Positions 36,515 to 46,543 of a DNA stretch of 57,192 nucleotides are shown piece by piece. Source of the DNA: Deltaproteobacteria bacterium (GTDB lineage Bacteria; Myxococcota; Myxococcia; Myxococcales; 40CM-4-68-19); contig JAYWAJ010000452.1 of the NCBI GenBank assembly GCA_043782525.1, positions 1-57,192 on the forward strand, read 5' to 3'. Numbering within the stretch: position 1 is the first letter of the stretch; each line of letters opens with the position of its first letter. The translations under genes were made by a program, and so were the position numbers. The notes below the pieces were generated by a model. That model was given only the letters and a program-made list of their open reading frames with translations, was not told the DNA's origin and did not search any database.

Positions 36515-39483
36515 CTACACTGCGCCGGGACGCGCGCCAGCCCGGAGAGGAGGTCGCGCAGCTGATCCAGATCGACTGGCTTGACCAGGTGGTGGTTGAA
36601 GCCGGCTTCCCGCCCTCGCCTCAGGTTCGCGGGCTCGCCATAGCCCGTCACCGCCACCAGGAGCGGCGTCGCCCCCGCGAGCGCCACGCGCAGGCGCCTC
36701 GCCACCTCGAACCCGTCCATGACCGGGAGCCCGATGTCGAGGAGCACCGCCGCGGGCCGTTCGCGCACGGCAAGCTCCAGCGCGGAGGGACCGTCGTGGG
36801 CCACCAGCGTCCGATAGCCCATGTCTCCGAGCGCATCCGAGAGCAGCAGCGCGGCGTCGGCGTTGTCGTCCACCACCAGGATCTGCAGCCCGTCCGCGGG
36901 CGGCCGTAGGGCGATGGCCAGCGCCTCATGCGGGACCTGTGCAGAGAGGTCGCCCGCCTGCGGCAGGCGCACCGTCACCACCGTCCCCTGGCCGCGGCCC
37001 GGGCTCCGCACGCTCACCGTGCCGTCGTGCGCCTCCACCAGCCGCTGCACGATGGTGAGCCCGATGCCGAGCCCGCCCTGGGCGCGGTCGATCGACTGCG
37101 CGCCCTGGATGAAGAGGTCGAAGATCCGCGGCAGGAGCTCGGGGCTGATGCCTTCGCCGTCGTCCTCCACCGTCACCGTCGCCTGGCTGCCGTCGCCGGT
37201 CGCGGTCACCACCAGCCGCCCGCCGTCGGGGGTGAACTTGGCCGCGTTGTTGAGCAGGTTTCCGAAGACCTGCGAGAGCCGCAAAAGGTCGCCGTCCACC
37301 GCGACCCCCGGGTCCACGCGCAGCGAGAGCTGCTGCCGCTTCTGCTCGAAGAGCGGGCTCGCCGTCTCCACGGCGCGGGAGATGACCTCGCGCAGGTCGA
37401 GGCGCTCGCGGCGCAGCTCCACCTTGCCCCGGGTGATGCGGGAGACGTCGAGCAGGTCCTCCACCAGCCGGACCATGTGCAGCACCTGCCGCTCGACGAT
37501 GGCGCGCTCGCGCGAGGCGCCGGTCTCCCCCCGCAGCTTCATCAGCTGCAGCGCGGTGACGATGGGCGCGAGGGGGTTGCGCAGCTCGTGGCCGAGCATG
37601 GCGAGGAACTCGTCCTTGGACCGGCTCGCCGCCTCGGCTTCGGCGCGGGAGGCCTGCTCCGAGCGCAGCAGCCGGTCGCGCTCGTCTTCCTGCGCGATGC
37701 GCGCGCTGATGTCCTGGTTGGCGCCGATCCACTCCAGCACCTCGCCCCTCTCGTCGAGCACCGGGGCGCCGCGCACCGCCATCGGCACGTAGACGCCGTC
37801 GGCGCGCCGGAGGCGATACTCGGTGGCGTAGGCCCGGCGCGTGCGGATGGCTGTTTCCCAGGCGGAGGTGGCGGTGCCGCGGTCGTCGGGGTGGATGGCC
37901 TCCCAGCTGCGGCTCTCCATCCAGGTCTCCACCGACTGCCCGGTGAAGGCCCGCCAGCTGGGCGAGTCGGTGCGCGCCCGGCCTTGCGGATCGGTCCGCC
38001 AGACGATGTCGCTGGTCGCTTCCGCGAGCGTGCGAAACCGCCGCTCGCTCGCCTCCGTCTCCGCCTTGGCGGTCCGTTCGCGGAGGAGATCCTCGCGCTC
38101 CTGCTGGGCGCGCATCCGCTCGGTGACGTCGCGGTTGACCCCGATGAGCGCGACCGGCTCCCCGGCGGCGTTGCGCCAGGTGGTCGCGGTCACCTCGATC
38201 TGGATCTCGCGCCCGTCCCCCCGGATGCAGGGAATGACGCCGAGGTAGCTGCCGGTCCTGCCCAGGCTCTCGAGGATCTCCTGGCTGGCTTTCTCCCGGA
38301 CGTCGGGCCGGTTGAAGAAGCCCGCCGGCCTTCCCATCGCCTCGGCGGAGGAGAACCCGAGGACTTTTTCGGCGCCGCCAGCCCAGCGGATGATGTTGCC
38401 CTTCAGGTCGGCGACCAGCACCGCATCGGGGACGGCGCGGAGGATCTCGTCGGAGAGCCGCAGCGCCTCGCGGCTCGCGGCCAGGGTCTCGGCGCGGACC
38501 GCCCGCTCGCGCAAGGCGATGCGCTCCTGCTCGGCCCGCTTCTCCGCGGTGGTCTCGCGGACCACCAGGCCGAGCATCCAGACCGCGCCGCCGGAACGGC
38601 GGACCGGGAAGGCGCTGACGGAGAACTGCCGCTCTTCGGGCGAGGCGGGCGTCACGGCCGAGAGCTGGTAGTCGATGAGGGGCTCGCCCGTCTCCAGCAC
38701 GCGGCGGTAGACGGGCTCGAGCACCGGCGCCACCCTCGGCACCACCTCGGCCAGCGTCCTGCCGATGGAGTCCGCGACCGAGACGCCGTTCAGGTCCGCC
38801 AGCAGCTTGTTGATGCGGACGTAGCGCAGATCGCGGTCGTAGAAGCAGAGGCCCACCGGCGCGGTGTCGAGCAGGTTCTCGAAGAGCGCGAGCAGGCTCT
38901 CGGCCTCGGCGCGGGTCGCCTTCTCGTTCTCCAGCGCCGCCGTCCGATCGCGCGCTTCCTGCTCGCGCTCGGTGACGTCGCGGGTGATGACCATGGCGCC
39001 GGCGGAGCTGCCGTCGGCCCGGCGGATGGGGGTGGCGGTGCCGGCGAGGATGCGCACGGTGCCGTCGGGGCGCCGCACCTGCCAGCGCGCCTCTTCCACC
39101 CGCGCTCCCTGCAGGGCCCGGTAGAGCGGCGTCTCGTCGAGCGGCAAGGGCGATCCGTCCACCCGCTCGAGCCCGTAGGTCGGCCCCCACGACGAGGCCG
39201 CGATCTCGGCGAAGGATCGGCCGTGCTGCCGCTCCGCTTCGGCGTTGAAGACCCGCAAGACCCCGGCGGCATCGGCGACGATGATCCCTTCGCCGCTGGC
39301 ATCCACCAAGGCGTTGAGCAGCTCGCGATCGGGCCCGGCCCCTTCCACTGCGTCGGGGAGCGCGGACGCGCCCCCGCTCGCGAGTTCCTTCCCCCCGGGC
39401 TGATCTGGATGGCGCGGCTTGATGTCGAAGCTCCCGGCAGCAGGGTACGCCCGACCTAGGGCTGGTGAGCGGCAATTCGCCAA
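36515..39483 (-). CDS. Hybrid sensor histidine kinase (4x PAS, HisKA, HATPase_c, REC). As sequenced the ORF has no stop and runs on to 34801.
   Basis: H-box 'FLAMLGHELRNPLAPI', 'FGNLLNNAAKFT', 'GGLGIGLTIVQRLVEAHDG'. REC 'ILVVDDNADA...LLDIGLPVMDGFEVAR...HLVKPVDLDQL'. The 3' end given here assumes a +1 correction that brings TAG (36515-36517) into frame. The TTG start is uncertain. Confidence 0.8.
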
Positions 39484-39528
39484 GGGGATCGCTCCCCCCC
39501 GCGTTCGCTGGGAAACGCGGGCCGCCGC

Positions 39529-42500
39529 TCAGCCGCCCGACGCAGTTCCCGCCCCGCCCGACTCGCCGGGAAGCGAGACGGCCGGAAGCTCCAGCTTGCG
39601 CGCCTCTTCGTTGATCGACTGGAGATCCCGCCCGCGCACCTGCCGCCAGCGTCCGACCTGCGCCTGCAGCGCTTCGTCGTAGGAAGCGAGGGCCTCGCGC
39701 AGGGCCGCGACCGGCGCGGCCTCCGCGCCTTCCAGCGTCTGGCGCAGGGTCTCGAGCTGCTCGTTGAGCTGCACGGGAAACCGCAGCGTTCCCTCGGTGC
39801 TCTTCACGTCCACCGCCACCAGCCGCCGCTCGACCTCGGTGAGCGCCGCCGCGGTGGCCTCGGCGCGCGAGACCAGCTGCGCAAAGCGCGGGTCCTTGCC
39901 GGCCCTGCGGCCGAGCGCGCCCAGTTGGTCGCGCGCCGACCGGACCGCGAGCACCGTCTCGTGCAGGAGCGACATCCGGTCGCGCACCAGCAGCTGGAGG
40001 TCGACCAGCTCGGCCAGCGCCTGCGGCGTCACCTTGGAGCGGGGGTCGAGCCTGACCTCCAACGGCGCGGTCAGCACCTTGCCCGAGGCCTTGAGGCGCA
40101 GCGTGTACTTCCCCGGCAGCACGAGCGGGCCGCGCGGCGGCAGGCCCGGGTAGAACGCGCCCGGCAGCTCCGAGGGCGGGTCGTGGCGCAGGTCCCAGGG
40201 AAAGCGGTTCATGCCCGCCTCGGCGGAGAGCAGCTCGGCCGGCTTCTGCAGATCGGGCCACTCCTGCGGCTGCTCCGCGCCGATGGCGTGCCGCTGCGAG
40301 GAGAGCGTCCGGACCACCTTGCCGCCTTCGGCCAGGACTTCGATGATCACCTCGCCCGCGGGCTTGCTCTTGAAGAAGGTGTCGATGATCGCGCCCGGCG
40401 GCGGGTTCTCGCCGGCGGGGAGCCGCTTGTCGAACTGCTCGGGATACTGCAGGCGCAGCGCCACCTGGGGCCGGTAGAGGAAGATCTCGGCGCCCGCCGC
40501 CGCCGAGACCTGCCGCAGAGGGGTGAGGTCGTCGAGGATCCAGAAGGCGCGCCCGTGCGTCGCCACCAGCAGGTCGTCGTCCTTGACGAGGAGGTCGTGC
40601 ACCGGCACCACCGGGAGGTTGAGCCGGAGCGGCTGCCAGCGCGCGCCCTCGTCGAAGGAGACGAAGACGCCGGCCTCGGTGCCGGCGTAGAGGAGCCCGG
40701 CCTGCTTCGGATCCTCGCGCACCGAGCGGGTGAAGGCGCCCTCGGGGATGCCGGCGACGATGCTGCGCCAGCTCTTGCCGAAGTCGGTGGTGCGGAAGAG
40801 GTAGGGCTTGAGGTCGTCGAGGCGGTGCCGATCGACGGCGACGGTGGCGGTGCCCGCGGCGAAGGGCGAGGCCTCGATGACGCTGACCGTGCCCCAGGCG
40901 GGCAGCTCGCGGGGCGTGACGTTGGCCCACTTGCCGCCGCCGTCGCGGGAGAGGTGGACGAGGCCGTCGTCGGTGCCGGCCCAGAGCACGCCGCGCTCCA
41001 CCGGCGACTCGGCCAGCGCGAAGACGGTGTCGTAGTACTCGACGCTGGTGATGTCGAGGGTGAGCGCGCCGCCCGAGGCCTTCTGCTTCGACTTGTCGTT
41101 GCGGGTGAGGTCGGGGCTGATCGCCTTCCAGGTGCGGCCCTGGTCGGCGCTCTTGAAGACCACCTCGGCGCCCGCGTAGAGCACCTCGGGATCGTGCGGC
41201 GACATCAGGAGCGGGGTGAGCCACTGGAAGCGGTGGGCCAGCTCGAAGGCGCCGCGGCCCGCGGTCTCCTGCGGCCAGGGGCCGAGCGCCTGCGACTGCT
41301 CGGTGCGGTGATCGTAGCGCACCATCGCGCCGGTGCTGGTCGAGCCGAAGGCGACCTCGGGGTCGCGCGGGTCGGGGGCGATGTACGCCGCCTCGCCGAT
41401 GCCGATCGGGTACCACTCCCGCGCGCCGATCACGCCGCTGTCGGAGCGGCTCTGCACCGAGACGCTGGAGTTGTCCTGCTGCGCGCCGTAGAGGCGGTAG
41501 GGGAAGCGGGTGTCGGCGGCCACGTGATAAAATTGCGCGGTGGGCTGGTTGTCGTCGGTGCGCGACCAGGTCTGCCCGCCGTCGAGGCTGATCGACGCGC
41601 CGCCGTCGCTGCTCTCGATCAGGTGGCGCGGCTGGTCGGGGTCGATCCAGAGGCCGTGGTGGTCGCCGTGCCGGGCGGGGAGGAGCTGGAGGGTGTGGCC
41701 CCCGTCGGTCGAGCGGTAGAGGCCGGTGTTGGCGAGGTAGAGGGTGTCGCGCGCCTTGGGGTCGGCCCAGAGGTGGCTGAAGTACCAGGCGCGCTGGCGG
41801 ATGCGCTCGTCGTCGCTGACCTTCGTCCAGCTCTCGCCGCCGTCGTCGGAGACGAAGAGCCCGCCTTCCTTCGCCTCGATGGCGGCGTAGACCCGCTGCC
41901 CGTCCACCGGCGAGACCGCGACGCCGATGCGCCCGAGATCGCCGCCGGGCAGCCCGTGTCCCGACAGTCGCGTCCAGGTGCTGCCGCCGTCCCGCGAGCG
42001 GTAGAGGCCGCTGCCGGGCCCGCCGCTCTCGAGGGACCACGGCTGCCGCCGCACCTGCCAGAGGGCGGCGAAGATCACCTGTGGATTCTGCGGGTCGAAG
42101 GCGAGGTCGATGGCGCCGGTGTCGGCGTTCTTGAAGAGGACCTTCTCCCAGTTGCGGCCGCCGTCGCGGGAGCGGAAGACCCCGCGCTCCGGGTTGGGCC
42201 CGAAGGCGTGGCCCAGCGCCGCGACGAAGACCAGGTCGGGGTTGCGCGGGTGCACCAGCACGCGGCCGATCTGCCGGGTGTCGGCGAGGCCGAGGTGGCG
42301 CCAGCTGTGGCCGGCGTCGTCCGACCGGTAGACTCCCTTGCCGTAGGTGACGTTGCCGCGGATGCAGGCCTCGCCGGTGCCGACATAGATGATGTTGGGG
42401 TCCGAGTCCGCCACCGCCAGGGCGCCGATGGAGAGGTTGTCCTGCTGGTCGAAGAGGGGCGTCCAGGTCTGGCCGGCGTTGTCGGTGCGGAAGACGCCGC

Positions 42501-42681
42501 CCGCCGCCGCGCCGAAGTAAAACGTCAGCGGCTGCCCGCGCACCCCGCTCACCGCCAGTGCGCGACCGCCCCGGAAAGGACCGACCGGCCGGTAGCGCAT
42601 GCCTCCGTAGAGCGCTTCGGGGACCTGGGCGAAAGCGGCGGCCGAAAGAAGGAGTGCGGCGGCGGCGAGCGTCTTGGGCAT
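39529..42681 (-). CDS. Secreted BNR/Asp-box repeat protein, sortilin/VPS10-like double beta-propeller (GH74-like fold)
   Basis: Signal 'MPKTLAAAALLLSAAAFAQ'. At least 10 Asp-boxes ('TDNAGQTW', 'SDDAGHSW', 'SRDGGRNW', 'SRDGGSTW', 'SDDGGESW', 'SLDGGQTW', 'SADQGRTW', 'SRDGGGKW', 'TTDFGKSW'). Confidence 0.85.
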   Translation of the reverse strand: MPKTLAAAALLLSAAAFAQVPEALYGGMRYRPVGPFRGGRALAVSGVRGQPLTFYFGAAAGGVFRTDNAGQTWTPLFDQQDNLSIGALAVADSDPNIIYVGTGEACIRGNVTYGKGVYRSDDAGHSWRHLGLADTRQIGRVLVHPRNPDLVFVAALGHAFGPNPERGVFRSRDGGRNWEKVLFKNADTGAIDLAFDPQNPQVIFAALWQVRRQPWSLESGGPGSGLYRSRDGGSTWTRLSGHGLPGGDLGRIGVAVSPVDGQRVYAAIEAKEGGLFVSDDGGESWTKVSDDERIRQRAWYFSHLWADPKARDTLYLANTGLYRSTDGGHTLQLLPARHGDHHGLWIDPDQPRHLIESSDGGASISLDGGQTWSRTDDNQPTAQFYHVAADTRFPYRLYGAQQDNSSVSVQSRSDSGVIGAREWYPIGIGEAAYIAPDPRDPEVAFGSTSTGAMVRYDHRTEQSQALGPWPQETAGRGAFELAHRFQWLTPLLMSPHDPEVLYAGAEVVFKSADQGRTWKAISPDLTRNDKSKQKASGGALTLDITSVEYYDTVFALAESPVERGVLWAGTDDGLVHLSRDGGGKWANVTPRELPAWGTVSVIEASPFAAGTATVAVDRHRLDDLKPYLFRTTDFGKSWRSIVAGIPEGAFTRSVREDPKQAGLLYAGTEAGVFVSFDEGARWQPLRLNLPVVPVHDLLVKDDDLLVATHGRAFWILDDLTPLRQVSAAAGAEIFLYRPQVALRLQYPEQFDKRLPAGENPPPGAIIDTFFKSKPAGEVIIEVLAEGGKVVRTLSSQRHAIGAEQPQEWPDLQKPAELLSAEAGMNRFPWDLRHDPPSELPGAFYPGLPPRGPLVLPGKYTLRLKASGKVLTAPLEVRLDPRSKVTPQALAELVDLQLLVRDRMSLLHETVLAVRSARDQLGALGRRAGKDPRFAQLVSRAEATAAALTEVERRLVAVDVKSTEGTLRFPVQLNEQLETLRQTLEGAEAAPVAALREALASYDEALQAQVGRWRQVRGRDLQSINEEARKLELPAVSLPGESGGAGTASGG

Positions 42682-42795
42682 GGATTCTCCGGAAAGGGGG
42701 CAGGAGTCTTGCGCGGCGGCGCGCCCGGAGTAAAGCGCCGGCGAGGCGCCCGCGGCACGAATGCCGCGAGCGCCCCTTCATCGGTGCAGCCGGGC

Positions 42796-43677
42796 TCAGT
42801 TGTCGATGCAGCCGCGCTGGCCGCTGTTGTTGGGATAGCCGGTTCCGGCGGTGAAGGCCGCGTTCGACCACTCGGCCTGCGCCTTCCACTGCGTGCCGTT
42901 GGAGAAGGTCACCAGCGGGTGGGCGAAGATGAAGTTGCACTTGTCGCCGTTCTCCTGCCCGGAGGTGTCGTACCAGCCGCCGTTGTTCGGGTCGGTGCGC
43001 GCCTCGGAGAGCTCGTGCGAGCTGGTGTTGGCGATGGCGGCGAGGCCCTGCGAGTGCAGTCCCGAAGTGTCGCCCGGGTCGCAGCCCGGGTCGCCGTCGA
43101 GGTTGAAGAAGAAGGCGAACTGGACGATGACGCCGTTGCAGGTGCCGGCGCTGTGGTAGCCGCAGTAGCCGGCGTTGCCGCGCGGCTGATCGCTGTAGAC
43201 CGGATAATACCCGCTGTGGACGGCGTTGGTGCCGATCACCTTGCACACCTCAGCAAGGATGGTGCTCGCCTGCGCCGGGCTGCCCGCGGCCGACCCGTCG
43301 ACGACGTGTCCGTGCGACACCACCGTCGAGGTCACCGCGCCGTTCGTCCCCGTGTACTCGTTGGAGGCGTGGGCGTAGCCCGAGTTGCCGAAGCCGGCGT
43401 AGTAGCTGTCGATGCCGGTGATCTTGTCACCCGCGTAGCCGGGCCAGGTCGTTCCCCAGAAGATCGACGTCACATCGGCGGCCGGCATGATTTCGCCGTT
43501 GTGGAAGACCATGTTCCCGGCGCTGCGCCTGGCGGCGTTGGGGAGGGCCCTGTCGCCGGCTGCGTCCTTGGCCAGGTGCAGGCCGAGGATGGGCGGTTCA
43601 ATGGCGTCAGGGGAAGTGACCGCGCCGCCGCAGGCGACGAGGGAGAGGGCGAGGAGAGAGAGACCGATCGTCTTCAC
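42796..43677 (-). CDS. Secreted lipoprotein, unknown function
   Basis: GTG start with a GGAGG RBS, lipobox 'LSLVACG', Cys-, Gly- and aromatic-rich mature part. Confidence 0.6.
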   Translation of the reverse strand: MKTIGLSLLALSLVACGGAVTSPDAIEPPILGLHLAKDAAGDRALPNAARRSAGNMVFHNGEIMPAADVTSIFWGTTWPGYAGDKITGIDSYYAGFGNSGYAHASNEYTGTNGAVTSTVVSHGHVVDGSAAGSPAQASTILAEVCKVIGTNAVHSGYYPVYSDQPRGNAGYCGYHSAGTCNGVIVQFAFFFNLDGDPGCDPGDTSGLHSQGLAAIANTSSHELSEARTDPNNGGWYDTSGQENGDKCNFIFAHPLVTFSNGTQWKAQAEWSNAAFTAGTGYPNNSGQRGCIDN

Positions 43678-43796
43678 TGATGAACCTCCGTGAGAGTGAG
43701 GGACAGCTGCTCGCGGTGAGCGAGCCTGCAAGCGTTTACCCGGACGGCCGTGCCGGGGGCAAGTGGGGGCGCGCAAGTCCGTGGATGTGATTACTG

Positions 43797-45668
43797 TTGG
43801 CCGTGCTTTCCACCGCCCTCCTCTCCTTTCTGCTCGCGCAGCCCGCCGCCCACCGGGAGCAGCCGGCCGCCCGCGACCAGGCCGTGGTCGCCTACCTCAA
43901 CCAGACGCTCGGCTGGTACCGTCAACAGAGCTCCCGTTCCCTCTTCGTCAACGAGCCTTCCGACCTGGTGGCGGTGACCGAGGAGCGGCGCCTCGGCCGC
44001 GAGGTGGTCTCGCTCGCGTTCGACTTCGCCCGCGCGGCCGTTGCCCTCCATCCGCAGCCGGCAGCGGCTCCCCGCGCCGGGGGATCCGCGGCCAAGGCGG
44101 AGGCCATCGCCCGCCTGACCGCGGACGCGGCCAGCCGGGTGCAGCAGCTGCGAGGGGAGATCGACCAGCTCCAGCACGAGTTGGGGGCCGCGCGGGGCGA
44201 GGCGGAGAAGAGGAGCGCGGCGCAGCGCCTGGCGGAGACGCGCAGCGAGCTCGATCTCGCCCTCGCGCGGCAAGGGACGGTGCAGGCCTTCACCGAGTTC
44301 ATGCGGCAGGGGGCGGCGGCGGCGGGAGGCGGGCTGCTGGCGCAGATCGAGGAGCTGCGCCGCTCGGTGCCGGAGACGGCGGTGAGCGCCGAGGCGTCCA
44401 AGGCCGCGGCTCCCCTTGCCGCCGCGCTGGGGACGGAAGCGCGGAGACCGGCGCCGACCGGCGTGCTCGCCCTCACCAGCGACCTGATCACGCTCTCCCG
44501 CAAGAAGCGCTCCGTCCGCGAGGGCATCGCGCTCACCTCCCAGCTGCTCGCCGCGGTGAACAAGCTGCGCGAGCCGCTCCTCGCCGAGACCGACCAGACG
44601 CTGCAGCAGGGCGACCTCCTGGCGCAGGCGGCCGACACCTCCGCGGGCGCGACGCTCGAGCAGCGCGGCCGCGAGATCGATCAGCTGACGGCGCGCTACA
44701 AGGCGCAGTCGGCGGCCATCGTCCCGCTCGAGAAGACCGCGGTGCTGGTCGAGACCGACGAGGCCAACCTCAAGGAGTGGCTGGGCAGCATCGAGTCCCA
44801 GCGCGGCACCGAGCTGCGCATGCTCCTCGTGCACCTGGGCCTGCTCGGCGCCGCCATCACCGCCCTGTTGGCGGCCTCCGAGTTCTGGAGGCGCGCCACC
44901 CTGCGCTACGTCAAGGACCTGCGGCGGCGGCACCAGTCGCTGGTCCTGCGGCGGGTGGTGGTCGCGGCCGTGGTCGCGCTCATGGTGACCTTCTCGCTGG
45001 TCACCGAGCTGGGCTCGCTCGCGACCTTTGCCGGCTTCATCACCGCCGGCCTGGCGGTGGCGCTGCAGAACGTCATCCTCTCCGTCGCCGCCTACTTCTT
45101 CCTCATCGGCAAGTACGGGATCCGCGTCGGCGATCGCGTCCAGATCACCAACGTCACCGGCGACGTCCTCGACATCGGCCTGGTCCGCCTGCACCTGATG
45201 GAGCTGCGCAGCGACGGGCTGCCGACGGGCCGGGTGGTGGTCTTCTCCAACTCGGTGCTCTTCCAGCCCGCGGCCAGCTTCTTCAAGCAGCTCCCCGGCT
45301 CCAACTTCGCCTGGCACCAGATCGCGCTCACCCTCTCGCGGGACACCGACTACCGCGCCGCCGAGAAGCGCCTGACGGAGGCCGTCGAGCGCGTCTACGC
45401 CGGGTACCGCGACAGCATCAAGCAGCAGCACGCGGAGATGTCGCAGAACCTCGCCATCGAGGTGAAGGAGCCGCGGCCCAACAGCCAGCTGCGGCTCACC
45501 GACGCGGCGCTGGAGATGTCGATCCGCTATCCGGTGCCGCTGGAGCGCGGGTCGGCCATCGACGACCTGGTGACGCGCGCGCTGCTGGACGCGCTGGCGG
45601 CCGATCCCAGGCTCACGCTCCTCGGGACCAGCGCGCCCGCCGTGCTGCCGGCTGCGGCGGGAAGCTAG
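43797..45668 (+). CDS. Mechanosensitive ion channel family protein (MscS/MscK-like with a long N-terminal coiled-coil region)
   Basis: TM block followed by the MscS beta-domain 'IGKYGIRVGDRVQITNVTGDVLDIGLVRLHLMEL...VVVFSNS'. Confidence 0.85.
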   Translation: MAVLSTALLSFLLAQPAAHREQPAARDQAVVAYLNQTLGWYRQQSSRSLFVNEPSDLVAVTEERRLGREVVSLAFDFARAAVALHPQPAAAPRAGGSAAKAEAIARLTADAASRVQQLRGEIDQLQHELGAARGEAEKRSAAQRLAETRSELDLALARQGTVQAFTEFMRQGAAAAGGGLLAQIEELRRSVPETAVSAEASKAAAPLAAALGTEARRPAPTGVLALTSDLITLSRKKRSVREGIALTSQLLAAVNKLREPLLAETDQTLQQGDLLAQAADTSAGATLEQRGREIDQLTARYKAQSAAIVPLEKTAVLVETDEANLKEWLGSIESQRGTELRMLLVHLGLLGAAITALLAASEFWRRATLRYVKDLRRRHQSLVLRRVVVAAVVALMVTFSLVTELGSLATFAGFITAGLAVALQNVILSVAAYFFLIGKYGIRVGDRVQITNVTGDVLDIGLVRLHLMELRSDGLPTGRVVVFSNSVLFQPAASFFKQLPGSNFAWHQIALTLSRDTDYRAAEKRLTEAVERVYAGYRDSIKQQHAEMSQNLAIEVKEPRPNSQLRLTDAALEMSIRYPVPLERGSAIDDLVTRALLDALAADPRLTLLGTSAPAVLPAAAGS

Positions 45669-45734
45669 CCGCTCGCGGGCGGGCATTGCGGGCGCGGGCG
45701 GCTCCACTGCGGAACCGCCCGTCCCTGGCGTGCC

Positions 45735-46319
45735 TTACTGCGGGAGCAGCACCTTGTCGACGACGTGGATGACGCCGTTCGACTGGTAGACGTCGGCGAT
45801 GGTGACCTTCGCCGAGCCGCCCTTCTCGTCGGTGATGACCACGTTCGACCCGCTCATGCTGGCCACCAGCGTGCCGCCGCTCACGGTCTTGAGCGAGGCG
45901 CGGCCGCCGCCGGCGCGGATCTGCTCGGCGAGGGCGGCGGAGTCCACGCGGCCGGAGACCACGTGGTAGGTGAGCACCTTGGTCAGGGTCGCCTTGTTCT
46001 CGGGCTTGAGCAGTGTGTCGACGGTTCCGGCCGGCAGCGCCGAGAAGGCTTCGTTGGTGGGCGCGAAGACGGTGAACGGGCCCGGGCTCTTCAGCGTCTC
46101 GACCAGGCCGGCCGCCTTGACCGCCGCGACCAGCGTGGTGTGGTCCTTCGAGTTCACCGCGTTGTCGACGATGTCCTTGCTCGGATACATCGCCGCGCCG
46201 CCCACCATCTTGGTGTCGGCCTTGTTGTCGGACATCGAAGCGCTCGGGCTCTTGCTGCCCATGCTGGCGCAGGCGCCGAGGAGGGAAGCGAGACCGACCG
46301 CGATCAGTGATTTCTTCAT
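45735..46319 (-). CDS. Fasciclin (FAS1) domain lipoprotein
   Basis: Lipobox 'LLGACA'. 'FTVFAPTNEAF', 'LTYHVV', 'NGVIHVVDKVLLP'. Confidence 0.9.
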   Translation of the reverse strand: MKKSLIAVGLASLLGACASMGSKSPSASMSDNKADTKMVGGAAMYPSKDIVDNAVNSKDHTTLVAAVKAAGLVETLKSPGPFTVFAPTNEAFSALPAGTVDTLLKPENKATLTKVLTYHVVSGRVDSAALAEQIRAGGGRASLKTVSGGTLVASMSGSNVVITDEKGGSAKVTIADVYQSNGVIHVVDKVLLPQ

Positions 46320-46543
46320 GCAGGACTCTCCGGTGAATGGTTCAGGGGACGTTTTCTCAGCAGCGATACGAGCGCGGGGGGCGGGCGGATTCGGGATCTC
46401 GGACGCCCGCTGGGGGATGCGCGCGTTGCGATTCTGTCCGGTAAACGACCGGGCAGCTGCCGGGCAAGTTGTTTGCGAATCGGGAATCAGTGTCTTGAAA
46501 GCGTCCGCAAACCTCGTCGGCGGACCATCCAACCGGAGTCTTC

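Noticed and set aside
36926-43246. Very long ORFs in the track. Examples: 2106 aa at 36926-43246 (minus), 1251 aa at 39925-43680 (plus), 1018 aa at 13266-16322, 732 aa at 11230-13428, 901 aa at 26979-29684, 844 aa at 46565-49099, 812 aa at 51940-54378.
   Set aside because: Their translations are Arg/Ala/Gly/Pro-rich low-complexity strings with no motifs. They lie antisense to, or out of frame with, genes that have strong family signatures. This is typical of shadow ORFs in very GC-rich DNA.
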